Shown piece by piece: positions 8,601 through 18,320 of a stretch of 58,047 nt of DNA. The translations under genes and the position numbers were made by a program. The notes under the pieces are model-generated. The model was given only the letters and a program-made list of their open reading frames with translations. It had not been told where the DNA came from and did not search any database. How positions within the stretch are numbered: position 1 is the stretch's first letter; each line of letters opens with the position of its first letter. The stretch lies in NCBI GenBank assembly GCA_945889715.1, contig CAMDCI010000001.1, positions 1 to 58,047 of the forward strand. The letters are read 5' to 3'. This DNA comes from Bifidobacterium breve. GTDB taxonomy: Bacteria; Actinomycetota; Acidimicrobiia; Acidimicrobiales; Ilumatobacteraceae.

Positions 8601-9889
8601 TGTTGTCGATGGTTGCCGCATTTGGAGGACTCGACTGGGCTTTGCTCGGCGTCATCATTCTTCTGCTTTTCTTCTTGATTTTTCTGTCGTTGGCAGAAAT
8701 GGGACTGTCCCGTATGACGAAACCCAAGGCTGCTGCGATGGCCGAAGGTGGCGTAAAACAAGGTCGAGCGTTACAGCAGTTGGTCGGCGAGCCTGAAAAG
8801 TGGGTGAATCCCTTGCTCTTGTCGGTGAATGTCTGCCAGACAGTTCAAGCCACGTTGACTGGCGTGGTGGCATCCCGCGCATTTGGTCCACTTGGTGTGG
8901 CCGTTGGTGTTTTGTTGAACGTCATCGTATTTTTTGTACTCGCTGAGGCAGTGCCGAAAACCTACGCCCTGCTCTATCCAGAGCGGGCCGCCTTAACGAC
9001 TGCCCGTGGAACGAAACTTCTGGTTTCGTTTCCTCCTTTGAAGATGGTCTCCGGTTGGCTCATTTCTTTGACCAATGTGATTGTCAAAGGAAAGGGTCTT
9101 GAACAAGGACCATTCGTGAGTGAACAAGAACTTCTCGGAATCGTTGAAGCAGCAATGAATGACGATGTCATCGAGGAAGAAGAACGCGATCTCATTGAAT
9201 CAATCATTGAATTCGGAGACACCGTTGCCCGTGAAGTGATGGTTCCCTTACCTGACATGGTGACGATTCCTCAGACCTTCACTTTGACCGAGGCCATTGA
9301 CGTCGCAATCGAGCATGGTTATTCGCGTTTGCCGATTCTCAACGATGATGACGATGTTGTGGGCATCACATTTATTAAAGACCTCATTCGTCAAGAGCGA
9401 AATGGTCACGGCTCAGAAATTGTCACTTCCCATATGCGTGGGGTGATCGTTATTCCAGAAAATAAGCCGGTCAATCGACTGATGCGCGAAATGCAAGAAC
9501 AGAAGTTCCACTTGGCTGTCGTTGCCGACGAATACGGAAGTATCGCTGGTTTGATCACCCTCGAAGACTGCTTAGAAGAACTAGTAGGCGAAATTGTCGA
9601 TGAGTACGACAAGCATGAGGAAGACATCGAACATCTGTCGGATGGACAGTACCTAGTTGATGGGTCAACGAGTGTCTCAGATGTCAATGACCAACTTGAT
9701 ATAAAGATTCCCGATGAAGAATGGGACAGCGTCGGAGGTTTTGTTTTCGGAACTCTTGAACATGTTCCCGTGATCGGTGAATCCATTGATTTTGATGGAT
9801 GGCGATTCACTGTTGTGGCAGTACACGGTCGAAGGATTCGAACAGTTCGAATTGCATTGATCAGTGGTACCGAAACCGAAACTGTGTAG
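8597..9889 (+). CDS. Hemolysin-family / CNNM (DUF21)-CBS-CorC_HlyC membrane protein
   Basis: 430-aa ORF with N-terminal TM segments, a CBS pair (REVMVP...; HLAVVADEYGSIAGLITLEDCLEELVGEI) and a C-terminal CorC domain. ATGA overlap with the ybeY stop. Confidence 0.85.
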   Translation: MMLSMVAAFGGLDWALLGVIILLLFFLIFLSLAEMGLSRMTKPKAAAMAEGGVKQGRALQQLVGEPEKWVNPLLLSVNVCQTVQATLTGVVASRAFGPLGVAVGVLLNVIVFFVLAEAVPKTYALLYPERAALTTARGTKLLVSFPPLKMVSGWLISLTNVIVKGKGLEQGPFVSEQELLGIVEAAMNDDVIEEEERDLIESIIEFGDTVAREVMVPLPDMVTIPQTFTLTEAIDVAIEHGYSRLPILNDDDDVVGITFIKDLIRQERNGHGSEIVTSHMRGVIVIPENKPVNRLMREMQEQKFHLAVVADEYGSIAGLITLEDCLEELVGEIVDEYDKHEEDIEHLSDGQYLVDGSTSVSDVNDQLDIKIPDEEWDSVGGFVFGTLEHVPVIGESIDFDGWRFTVVAVHGRRIRTVRIALISGTETETV

Positions 9890-9895
9890 TCAGAT

Positions 9896-10672
9896 TCACG
9901 AAATTTGACTGAAGGCTTTGGGGAGGTTCGGATACCGTCCGGTGTTCCCTCCGCCATCTACTGAAACAAAAGATGCGCTCATGTACGACGACTCATCTGA
10001 TGCCAAGAACGACGCAACTGACGCAATTTCATTAGGCTGCGCAAATCTGCCTAATGTTGCATTTTCTTTGAATTCTTCAATAATGACTGGCACCGAAAAC
10101 ATGCCGCTTGTTGCATTTGTTTCGACAAGCCCTGGAGCAATCGTATTGACGCGTACTCCCCGTGATCCGAGCTCCATTGCCGCTACTTGAGTGAGCATTG
10201 ATACACCAGCTTTGGCAGCACAATAGGCGGACATTCCTTGTGAAGGTTGAATAGCGTTCAGTGAAGCGATGTTGATGATTGAACCTCCATCGCTGATGAC
10301 TGCTCCACCATGTTTGAGCGTCAAAAAGACGCCAGTCAAACACAAATCAATGATGCGTTTCCATTCAGTAAGTGGAAGTTCGGTGATGAGACCGTAGGTG
10401 CCGGCGCCAGCATTGGCGACGACAATGTCGATGTGCTCAAAGGTTCTTATTCCATAGGCGGCAAGATTGGCGACGTCCTCTTCTTGCGTCACATCGCACA
10501 AACAGGTCGCAACACGATCTCCAAATTCCGACCGCAAATTGTCTAAACCCTCTTGACTGATATCGCCGGCTACTACTTGCGCTCCATCAGCGATAAATCG
10601 CTCGGCTATTGCTCGGCCGATTCCTGAAGCGGCACCAGTGATTAAGGCAACTTTTCCGTTTAGATTTCCCAT
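9896..10672 (-). CDS. SDR-family oxidoreductase
   Basis: 258-aa ORF with TGAASGIGRA (TGxxxGIG), NAG, and YCAAKAG (YxxxK) motifs. Confidence 0.8.
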   Translation of the reverse strand: MGNLNGKVALITGAASGIGRAIAERFIADGAQVVAGDISQEGLDNLRSEFGDRVATCLCDVTQEEDVANLAAYGIRTFEHIDIVVANAGAGTYGLITELPLTEWKRIIDLCLTGVFLTLKHGGAVISDGGSIINIASLNAIQPSQGMSAYCAAKAGVSMLTQVAAMELGSRGVRVNTIAPGLVETNATSGMFSVPVIIEEFKENATLGRFAQPNEIASVASFLASDESSYMSASFVSVDGGGNTGRYPNLPKAFSQIS

Positions 10673-10699
10673 AGACGAAATGTACAGCGTGATTTGGAG

Positions 10700-11815
10700 T
10701 CACTCATTAGTGGATAGATATTGTCTGATTTCGCTTCGACGAATTTTTCCGATAGCGGTCTGGGGAATTGAATCAATGATGTGGATGCTTTTAGGTACGC
10801 AATAGTTTGGGAGGGTTCGGAGAACCAAGTCCTTTACTTGCTCGAGGGAAACATCAGTCCGAGTCGTGACGAGAACCACGCGTTCGCCCCATTCGGGGTC
10901 GGGTATTCCGATGATAGCGAACTGATCAGATGCAAATAATGAGGCGATCGCTGCCTCCACAGCCTCGGGCCAAACCTTCTCAGATCCAGTAACAATGACA
11001 TCGCCGCGACGTCCCTGAACGCTGAGTATTCCTTCGTCAGATAACGAACCGATATCTCCTGTATGCAGCCATCCGTCAGAATCAATAGAGCTTGATCCGT
11101 CTCGGTAACAACGCATGTTCATCGGAGAACGCACCAAGATTTCGTCTTCATCAGATATCTGTATTTCAACGCCATTCAAAGGACGACCCTCATAGACAAT
11201 TCCCGATCCGGTTTCGGACAAGCCATATGTGGCGATCACATTGCGAGGACGTTGTGGCGGAGGCTTGGATCCGCCGAGAAGAATTGCGCGAAATTTTCGT
11301 GGATCAATTCTTTGCAGTGCAGTGGGAACTAGTGAAATCAATGTGCACGTATGCGAATGATGTTCGACTTGGTCTGGATCAAATCGTGAAGCAACCGTGA
11401 GTTGAGTCCCCATTAACAACGATCGTGTGACAACGCTGAGTCCTCCAACATGTGCCAGGGGAAGACATGAATACCAATGATCATCGAATGTGACATCGAG
11501 GGCTAATGAACTCGCTTTGGCCGACGCGAGAACCGATTCTTGAGTAAGTACCACACCTTTTGGAGTTCCGGTTGATCCGCTGGTTGCAACAACGATGGCG
11601 TCACCACTTTCTACTGGCTGTCCACCCTCAAGAATGACACGACCGTCAGATGAGACGATGTGAGTTGGCTTGAGCTGGGCGATGAGTTGCTTCTTTGCTG
11701 CAACTGGTAGGCGTTGGTCAATCGGTAACACGGCATCGCCTTGATCCCATGCTTTTGAAAGTTCATCAACAAAACGTTGGCTCGGTTCAAGATCAAGTGC
11801 AACAAGCGATTGCAT
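10700..11815 (-). CDS. menE: o-Succinylbenzoate-CoA ligase (short AMP-binding enzyme)
   Basis: 371-aa adenylate-forming enzyme with TSGSTGTPKGV, YGLSETG and GKIRR motifs. The short length and the men-cluster context fit MenE. Confidence 0.7.
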   Translation of the reverse strand: MQSLVALDLEPSQRFVDELSKAWDQGDAVLPIDQRLPVAAKKQLIAQLKPTHIVSSDGRVILEGGQPVESGDAIVVATSGSTGTPKGVVLTQESVLASAKASSLALDVTFDDHWYSCLPLAHVGGLSVVTRSLLMGTQLTVASRFDPDQVEHHSHTCTLISLVPTALQRIDPRKFRAILLGGSKPPPQRPRNVIATYGLSETGSGIVYEGRPLNGVEIQISDEDEILVRSPMNMRCYRDGSSSIDSDGWLHTGDIGSLSDEGILSVQGRRGDVIVTGSEKVWPEAVEAAIASLFASDQFAIIGIPDPEWGERVVLVTTRTDVSLEQVKDLVLRTLPNYCVPKSIHIIDSIPQTAIGKIRRSEIRQYLSTNE

Positions 11816-11852
11816 ATCGTTGAACCTAGTGCAAGCGAGTAGCGTTCATTAA

Positions 11853-12716
11853 GTGAAGAAATGGATCCTTGGTGCGCGGCCCCGAACTTTGCCTGCCGCA
11901 GTAGTGCCGGTGGTTGTCGGCGCAGCGATTTGTAACGGGTTGGGTGGTGCTCACTGGTCGCGGGCCGGATTGGCAATGGTTGTGAGTGTGCTCCTGCAAG
12001 TGGGTGTCAATTACGCCAATGATTACAGCGATGGCGTTCGAGGGACCGACGAGGTCAGAGTTGGGCCAATGCGGCTTGTCGCTTCTGGAATGGCTTCTCC
12101 GCAGTCTGTGAAGAACGCCGCATTTATTGCTTTCGGAGCTGCCGCCGGGGTCGGACTCGTGTTGGCGCTGATGACTTCGTTGTGGGTAATTCCAGTCGGT
12201 GTGGCGGCGCTGCTTGCTGGTTGGTTTTATACCGGCGGGAAGAATCCTTATGGGTACATCGGTTTAGGTGAAGTTTTTGTCTTTGTCTTTTTCGGATTAG
12301 TTGCCACGGTTGGGACAACATACGTTGTTCTCGAAAGAATTCCGGCGATGGCCTGGTTGCAAGGGGTAGCAGTCGGAAGTTTGGCCTGTGCTCTTTTGGT
12401 TGTGAATAATTTGCGTGATATTCCGACCGATCAAGTGGTGGGAAAGAAAACTTTGGCCGTGCGCCTTGGAGATCAGCGAACTCGCGTTCTGTTTCAAACT
12501 TTAGTGGTGTTCGGAATTATGTGTGGGGTCTCCGTCGCCTTTGCAAACTCTTGGTCATTGATTCTGTTGCTATGTTTTATTCCGGCAATGAAGCCAATTA
12601 ATCTTGTGAAAAGAGGAGTCAAAGGTCGAGGGCTCATTGCAGTTTTGTCCGCAACTGGTCAGGTGCAAATAGTTTTTGGCTTACTATCACTGTTCGCTTT
12701 TGTGTTGGGAAGGTAG
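11853..12716 (+). CDS. menA: 1,4-dihydroxy-2-naphthoate polyprenyltransferase
   Basis: 287-aa polytopic UbiA-family protein with NDYSD and NNLRDIPTD (two Asp-rich motifs). It lies in men-cluster context. Confidence 0.85.
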   Translation: MKKWILGARPRTLPAAVVPVVVGAAICNGLGGAHWSRAGLAMVVSVLLQVGVNYANDYSDGVRGTDEVRVGPMRLVASGMASPQSVKNAAFIAFGAAAGVGLVLALMTSLWVIPVGVAALLAGWFYTGGKNPYGYIGLGEVFVFVFFGLVATVGTTYVVLERIPAMAWLQGVAVGSLACALLVVNNLRDIPTDQVVGKKTLAVRLGDQRTRVLFQTLVVFGIMCGVSVAFANSWSLILLLCFIPAMKPINLVKRGVKGRGLIAVLSATGQVQIVFGLLSLFAFVLGR

Positions 12717-13016
12717 TTGTTACCCGTGACTTCTTTACCACCGCCAGAAATGCCCCGATTCGATAACGGTGGTCAGAATTCATTGAATCCCATGAAGGAT
12801 CGTAAGGCTGTTGCTGCCTTGGTGTTCGGAATCCTCGGACTTTTGGTTCCAATTCTCGGTGTGGCCGCTCTAGGTTTTGGCTACACATCTCGCAAAAGTA
12901 TCAAGGCGTCACAAGGTCTTTTGGTGGGCGGGGGCATGGCCAAGGCTGGGATGATCCTCGGCGCAATTGAGATTGCTTTAATGATTTTGTTTGTATCTCT
13001 AGGCGGGTCGTCCTAG
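12717..13016 (+). CDS. Small membrane protein, DUF4190-like
   Basis: 99-aa ORF. The two-TM pattern ALVFGILGLLVPILG...AKAGMILGAIEIALMILFV is typical of DUF4190. The start codon is uncertain (TTG at 12717; later GTG/ATG possible). Confidence 0.5.
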   Translation: MLPVTSLPPPEMPRFDNGGQNSLNPMKDRKAVAALVFGILGLLVPILGVAALGFGYTSRKSIKASQGLLVGGGMAKAGMILGAIEIALMILFVSLGGSS

Positions 13017-13796
13017 AAATGATGCGATGACTGATTGGCAATGTTCAGGTTGTTCGAGATGCAGAGAGTGCCCAGCGTTTTCAATGACGACTAGTTCTGC
13101 GCTCATACCAATGCGACTCTTCATCTCGTGACCGATCTGAAGAAACTTTTGGTCCCTCTCTCCGACTATAAGCAGCACTGGCATTTTGAGTTCAGGTAGT
13201 CGGTCCCACAATGATTGTTGGGCTCCAGTTCCACATAAACGCAAACTTGATGCAAGACCATCTGAACTGTTACGCAGACGATCCTGAATATCTGCTGGCG
13301 TTGAAGTCAAGCCTGCGAACAATGGGCCGCTCAACCATTTCTCAACGAATGTAGCCACGCCGATTTCCGCTATTTCTCGTGCCAGCTTTTCATCGGACTG
13401 AACTCTGGTTAGCCGCTCGTTTGGGGACTGTAAACCGGGGGAGGAGCTCACGAGGACGAGACGTCGAATATTTTCGGGCCGAAGTAAAGCGATGTGAAGG
13501 GCTAGTCGCGCACCCATTGAATAGCCAATGTAATCACCAAATCCACATTGCTCAACAACCATCTGAGCTGTTGTTGTGAGATCGGCCGCCACGGTTGATG
13601 AACCGCCATGGCCTGGAGCGTCAACACGAATGATCGATTGTTGTGGGTCAATAAAATCGATGTAGCGGTTCCAGGAACGTGAAGTTTGGGTGAAGCCATG
13701 CAGCAATACCTGACTGGTCGTCAAACGATCGCCCGATTGTTCGACGAAAAGAGAACCTGCAACGTTGGTCCAACCTCGTGAAGAAGAATTATTCAT
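12999..13796 (-). CDS. menH: Alpha/beta hydrolase, probable SHCHC synthase
   Basis: 265-aa ORF with an LHGF oxyanion region, the nucleophile elbow GYSMGA, and a C-terminal AGHSLHLE. It sits between menA and menD. Confidence 0.65.
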   Translation of the reverse strand: MNNSSSRGWTNVAGSLFVEQSGDRLTTSQVLLHGFTQTSRSWNRYIDFIDPQQSIIRVDAPGHGGSSTVAADLTTTAQMVVEQCGFGDYIGYSMGARLALHIALLRPENIRRLVLVSSSPGLQSPNERLTRVQSDEKLAREIAEIGVATFVEKWLSGPLFAGLTSTPADIQDRLRNSSDGLASSLRLCGTGAQQSLWDRLPELKMPVLLIVGERDQKFLQIGHEMKSRIGMSAELVVIENAGHSLHLEQPEHCQSVIASFLGRPA

Positions 13797-14476
13797 GAAG
13801 CCGATCGTTCGGCGGTTCGTCGTAACACTCGTTCAAATGTCTCGGAATCTTGTGCGCCAGGTATTGACCACTGTCCATTGATCACATAAGTGGGAACTCC
13901 AGTGATGCCATGAGAGATAGCTGTTGCCAATTCTTCAGCAACTTCACCTTTTCCAGCATCGCTCGCGAAGAACGAGCGTAGGTATTCAGCGAACTCAAGG
14001 TCGTCTGAATCGTGAGGAATCGTGCCCAATCCGATGGAGATGAGTGCTTCAGTGTCACCGACGTTTACGCCGTCGGTGAAATAGGCGTTCAACAAGGCTT
14101 CTTTAAGGCTTGATTGCACGTGAAAATCATGGTTGACGCCGGTCCACCACATCAATCGATGGGCAAGGATCGTGTTTGATCGTTGTCCGATATCCATGCG
14201 AAATTCGATGCCGTCTTCTGCGGCGGTTTCTGTGAGTTGCGCGATTATTTTGTCGGCACGTTCGGTGCCACCAAACTTTTTCGCATAGACCTCACGGACA
14301 GGTGCCGATGAGTTGGCGGGTGCGGTCGGATCAAGTTGATAGGCGCGGTAGATGATCTCGATGGGCTGAGATATGGCATCTGGGCCAGTCGTCACCTTTT
14401 CAAGGGCTGCCTCAAAGCGGCGCTTTCCGATGAAGCACCACGGACACACCACGTCGGACCAGATTTCGATTCGCAT
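13793..14476 (-). CDS. DsbA-family thiol:disulfide oxidoreductase (FrnE/2-hydroxychromene-2-carboxylate isomerase-like)
   Basis: 227-aa ORF with the N-terminal active site IWSDVVCPWCFIGKRR (CPWC) and the C-terminal GITGVPTYVING. The stop overlaps the menH start (ATGA). Confidence 0.75.
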   Translation of the reverse strand: MRIEIWSDVVCPWCFIGKRRFEAALEKVTTGPDAISQPIEIIYRAYQLDPTAPANSSAPVREVYAKKFGGTERADKIIAQLTETAAEDGIEFRMDIGQRSNTILAHRLMWWTGVNHDFHVQSSLKEALLNAYFTDGVNVGDTEALISIGLGTIPHDSDDLEFAEYLRSFFASDAGKGEVAEELATAISHGITGVPTYVINGQWSIPGAQDSETFERVLRRTAERSAS

Positions 14477-14526
14477 GTTCGTACCTTAGATGGTCATGAG
14501 CCAGATTTGCTCGTAGCGTAGGCACC

Positions 14527-16251
14527 GTGGACAGCGATCTTTTAGGTGAGCGCTTGGCTGGTCGGCCTTCTGAAGATGTTCAAGCGACCTTTTGCGCTGT
14601 CCTCGTCGATGAATGGGTGAAGCAGGGCGTACGGCATGCTGTGATCGCTCCAGGCTCACGATCGACGCCTCTTGCTTTAGCTCTCATTAACCGATCCGAA
14701 ATGCATATTGAAGTGTTCCACGATGAACGCTCGGCGGCGTTTGCTGCCCTAGGTATTGGTCTAGCGACTCAACAGCCAGCCATTTCGCTCTGTACGTCTG
14801 GAACCGCTGCCGCGCACTTCTACGCGGCCATCATTGAGGCAGATTCGTCTCATGTGCCGATGTTAGTCATCACCGCCGATCGACCTCCTGAATTAAAAGA
14901 TGTCGGTGCGCCTCAAACAATCGATCAAACGAAAATGTATGGCGACACGGTTCGTTGGTTTCATGATCCAGGAGTTGCCGATGTTGCGGCTAGTTATTCG
15001 TGGCGATCACTAGCGCGACAAAGTATCGCCTATTGCCTCGGAGTTTGTCCAGGACCCGTTCATCTCAACCTCCCATTTCGCGAACCACTCGTTGGCACAG
15101 CTGCAGATCTGCCGATTTCAACTTTGAGTCGTCATCAGATGACTGGCAATCTTGAATTGAGTCAGGCAAATTACGAAAGCGTTGCATCAACCTTGAACAC
15201 ACAGCATGGTTTGATCATTGCTGGACGAGGGTGTGGAAACGATATTGAAATTTCACGATTGGCAAGTTTGCTGAATTGGCCAGTACTCGCCGATTCTCGG
15301 TCGGGATGCCAAGGAATACCGGAAGCAGTTACATATTTTGATTCTGTTCTTCGTTGCGAATCGTTTATTTCAGAGAATCAACCCACAGTCGTTTTGCGTC
15401 TGGGTGAGTCGCCGAGTTCTAAGGTTCTGAGCCAATTCGTCACCAAGTCAAGGGCTACCCAAGTACATGTCAGTGCTTTTGCATCTACTGCTGATGCTGA
15501 TCATCGGGTTTCTCTGCATATTTCGAATGACCCGACAATATTTTGTCGTGAAGTGCAGAAGTATGTGAAGCAAAATAGTGATTCAGGTTTTCTAGTCAAA
15601 TGGTTGAGTGCTAATCGGGCAGCCGGAAGAACTATCGAGAAATATTTTGGCGATTCAGATTCGAACCTTCTTGCTCCGCGTGTAGCCCAATTGGTGGCCC
15701 AGAGCCTGAGAGAAGAGAACAACCTTGTTGTCTCTTCGTCAATGCCGGTGCGTGATTTAGAATGGTTCGGAGGGGATTGTTCGCGTTTCCACGTGTTCTC
15801 GAATCGCGGTGCCAATGGAATTGACGGAGTCGTGGCTACGGCTATTGGAGTCGCAGTCGCTACTCAGCAAAAAACCGCAGTGTTGATTGGTGATATTGCA
15901 CTGTTACACGACTCATCTAGTTTGACCGACCTCTATCGGCGAGACGTTGATTTGAAGATTGTTGTGACCGACAATGATGGTGGCGGAATCTTTCATTATT
16001 TGCCTCAGGCGAAGTCGGTCAATGCTGAAGCATTTGAGATGTTGTTTGGCACGCCGCACGGAACAGATATTTTGCAGTTGGCCAAGGCTCACCATCTATC
16101 TACGTACGATTGTCGATCGGCCTCTGAACTTAAGAATGCGCTCTCTTCACCTGGAGCTTGCGTGATCAGAGTGCGAACCGATCGCGACAACGAAGTCTTG
16201 ACGCATCAAGAAGTCAATGACTTGGTCGCTACTGCAATAGGCGGTCACTGA
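14527..16251 (+). CDS. menD: SEPHCHC synthase (2-succinyl-5-enolpyruvyl-6-hydroxy-3-cyclohexene-1-carboxylate synthase)
   Basis: 574-aa ThDP enzyme with PGSRSTPLALA, the HFDERSAAFAALG-like segment VFHDERSAAFAALG, ITADRPPEL, and GANGIDG...GDIALLHD. GTG start. Confidence 0.85.
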   Translation: MDSDLLGERLAGRPSEDVQATFCAVLVDEWVKQGVRHAVIAPGSRSTPLALALINRSEMHIEVFHDERSAAFAALGIGLATQQPAISLCTSGTAAAHFYAAIIEADSSHVPMLVITADRPPELKDVGAPQTIDQTKMYGDTVRWFHDPGVADVAASYSWRSLARQSIAYCLGVCPGPVHLNLPFREPLVGTAADLPISTLSRHQMTGNLELSQANYESVASTLNTQHGLIIAGRGCGNDIEISRLASLLNWPVLADSRSGCQGIPEAVTYFDSVLRCESFISENQPTVVLRLGESPSSKVLSQFVTKSRATQVHVSAFASTADADHRVSLHISNDPTIFCREVQKYVKQNSDSGFLVKWLSANRAAGRTIEKYFGDSDSNLLAPRVAQLVAQSLREENNLVVSSSMPVRDLEWFGGDCSRFHVFSNRGANGIDGVVATAIGVAVATQQKTAVLIGDIALLHDSSSLTDLYRRDVDLKIVVTDNDGGGIFHYLPQAKSVNAEAFEMLFGTPHGTDILQLAKAHHLSTYDCRSASELKNALSSPGACVIRVRTDRDNEVLTHQEVNDLVATAIGGH

Positions 16252-16258
16252 GAAAATC

Positions 16259-17437
16259 TCAGGGGCGCACAATTGCCGAGAGCATGGCTTGAAACTTTGC
16301 CTGAGTCTCAGCTAACTCGGCGTCGGGATCTGAAGCCGCAACGATTCCCCCTCCGGCGATCAGTCGAGCAGTCTTTCGATCTTCTGATAACTCGGCGCAT
16401 CGAATGGCAACTGCCATCGTTCCGTTGCCATGCGCATCGACCCAGCCAATTGCTCCGCCATAATTTTTACGATCAAAGCCTTCGAGCTGGTCAATAATTT
16501 CTAGGGCCTCTGCTCTGGGATGACCGCCAAGAGCCGGAGTCGGGCACAACATCCGCGCAAGTTCGAGTAACGGGGGATGATCATCCGATAAATGGCCTTC
16601 AATCAAGGTGCCGAGATGTTGAACATTGGCAACTTGAATGACTGAAGGCTCAGGTTCCCAATCCAAATACGAACAGTACGGCAGCAACATGTCATGAATG
16701 ACGTCAATGACAACTCGGTGTTCAACCTGATCTTTCATACTTGAAATGAGTTTGCGGGCGAGTTCGTTGTCGGAGATTGGATCACCAGTACGTGGAGTGG
16801 TTCCAGCCAACGGGTGCGAGCGAATGGTTTGTCCTGATACTTCAATCAACAACTCGGGTGAAGCGCCAATAAATCCGTTCATTGAATATCGGTAGCTATT
16901 ACCAAACGTTGATCTCAACCTCTGTAAAACCGCATGAACATCGATCGATTGTTCGGCCTCTACGAGTATTTCGCGAGCGATAACGGCTTTTGTAATTCTT
17001 CCGTCACGCACCGCATCACGGGCACTCGCAACTGCTTGAAGGTAATTCTCAATTGGGGTAAGGGGGCGAACGGTAAATGTATTTGTCGTCGCTACCGGAG
17101 GTTGAGAAATTTCCAGGTTGACCGATGCATCGTCAATCGTTGTTAGCCAACAATTGCCTTTTTCATCTTTGCCAACAACTTGTTTTGGAATAAAGAAATC
17201 TCCAGCAGAAGAAGTGTCAAAAGGAAGAACGCCCATCGCAATCGGTGCAACATCTAAATCGGTGTGATTGTGATGTTGAATTGCTGACAGGGTCTCTTGT
17301 ACTTCTGAGAATGCAACACGTGTAGCAATTCCACGCCCGGCGTAACCGACGCCACTTCGTACGAAAAGATAGCCGTCGCTTCCGGCGACATCATTCAGAT
17401 CAACTGATGAATCGAATTCAATGGTTGTGGCAATCAC
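16259..17437 (-). CDS. menF: Isochorismate synthase
   Basis: 392-aa chorismate-binding enzyme with SPELLIEV, SHPLAGT, LHPTPALGG-like CPTPALGGHP, and YGGAIGW motifs. Confidence 0.8.
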   Translation of the reverse strand: MIATTIEFDSSVDLNDVAGSDGYLFVRSGVGYAGRGIATRVAFSEVQETLSAIQHHNHTDLDVAPIAMGVLPFDTSSAGDFFIPKQVVGKDEKGNCWLTTIDDASVNLEISQPPVATTNTFTVRPLTPIENYLQAVASARDAVRDGRITKAVIAREILVEAEQSIDVHAVLQRLRSTFGNSYRYSMNGFIGASPELLIEVSGQTIRSHPLAGTTPRTGDPISDNELARKLISSMKDQVEHRVVIDVIHDMLLPYCSYLDWEPEPSVIQVANVQHLGTLIEGHLSDDHPPLLELARMLCPTPALGGHPRAEALEIIDQLEGFDRKNYGGAIGWVDAHGNGTMAVAIRCAELSEDRKTARLIAGGGIVAASDPDAELAETQAKFQAMLSAIVRP

Positions 17438-17440
17438 GGA

Positions 17441-18181
17441 TCATTGATCCCTTGTGCCAAGCATCAGTTGCGTGATGCCGCCAGATAGTTGATGATGAGT
17501 GGCATCGGAAAATCCCGCTTCTTGTAATACCCGGAGCATTTCGTCACGGGGTGGAAGGTAGGCCACACTTTTCGGCAAATATCGGTAAGCCGCAGGATCG
17601 GACAGCCAGCCACCGATCTTGGGAACTATTTTTCCAAAGTAAATTCCGTTGCCGAAACGAATGAGACGGTTATGCGGTATCCCGACGTCAAGTAACGCGA
17701 TCCTGCCTCCAGGTCGTACGACACGACCCAATTCGTTGAAAAAGGCCGAGAGGTCAACCAGGTTCCGCAGGGCAAACCCGCACGTGGCGCCATCAACGCT
17801 GTGATCGCCGATGGGAAGATTTAAAATATCGGCCTGCGATCGCGGTGAGCCCGAGCGATCGGCGGCCAGCATCCCAAATGACAGGTCCATGGACAAGGGG
17901 CGAATACCCACCCGACGAAGATCGATACACAGGTCGCCGGTCCCGCTTGCGAGGTCGAGAACAGTGCTGCCAAGGGGAAGGTTGAGAAGTCGAACTGCTT
18001 TGCGACGCCAACGAGTGTCAAGGCGGAAGGTCATGATGCGGTTCACTAGGTCGTAGCGCGGCGCGATTGTGTCAAACATTTCCTGAATCGCACGGACCTT
18101 TTCTTGTCCTTGTGGAAGGGTCTCAGTGTCCCAAGAAGGAACCGATGGGCCTTCGCTGGGGTCTGGGGGAGCGGTGTTCAC
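17441..18181 (-). CDS. ubiE: Demethylmenaquinone methyltransferase
   Basis: 246-aa ORF with FDTIAPRYDLVNRIMTF, VLDLASGTGD, and FALRNLVD, which are UbiE/MenG signatures. Confidence 0.85.
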   Translation of the reverse strand: MNTAPPDPSEGPSVPSWDTETLPQGQEKVRAIQEMFDTIAPRYDLVNRIMTFRLDTRWRRKAVRLLNLPLGSTVLDLASGTGDLCIDLRRVGIRPLSMDLSFGMLAADRSGSPRSQADILNLPIGDHSVDGATCGFALRNLVDLSAFFNELGRVVRPGGRIALLDVGIPHNRLIRFGNGIYFGKIVPKIGGWLSDPAAYRYLPKSVAYLPPRDEMLRVLQEAGFSDATHHQLSGGITQLMLGTRDQ

Positions 18182-18320
18182 ACGCTTAGGCTAAACGGCT
18201 TTTCGGCTCGATGGGGATTTCGGAGTCGCCGACTTTGGTCACGATCGGGCAAGATGGGTCCAGGGTTCATCGCAGACTGTCGAGCACCCGTTCAGATGAA
18301 CCGATGTATGGGGGTAGGAC

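Noticed and set aside
9406-9957. A 183-aa Ser-rich minus-strand ORF
   Set aside because: It is entirely antisense to the strongly supported CBS/CorC gene. It is low-complexity and has no motif.
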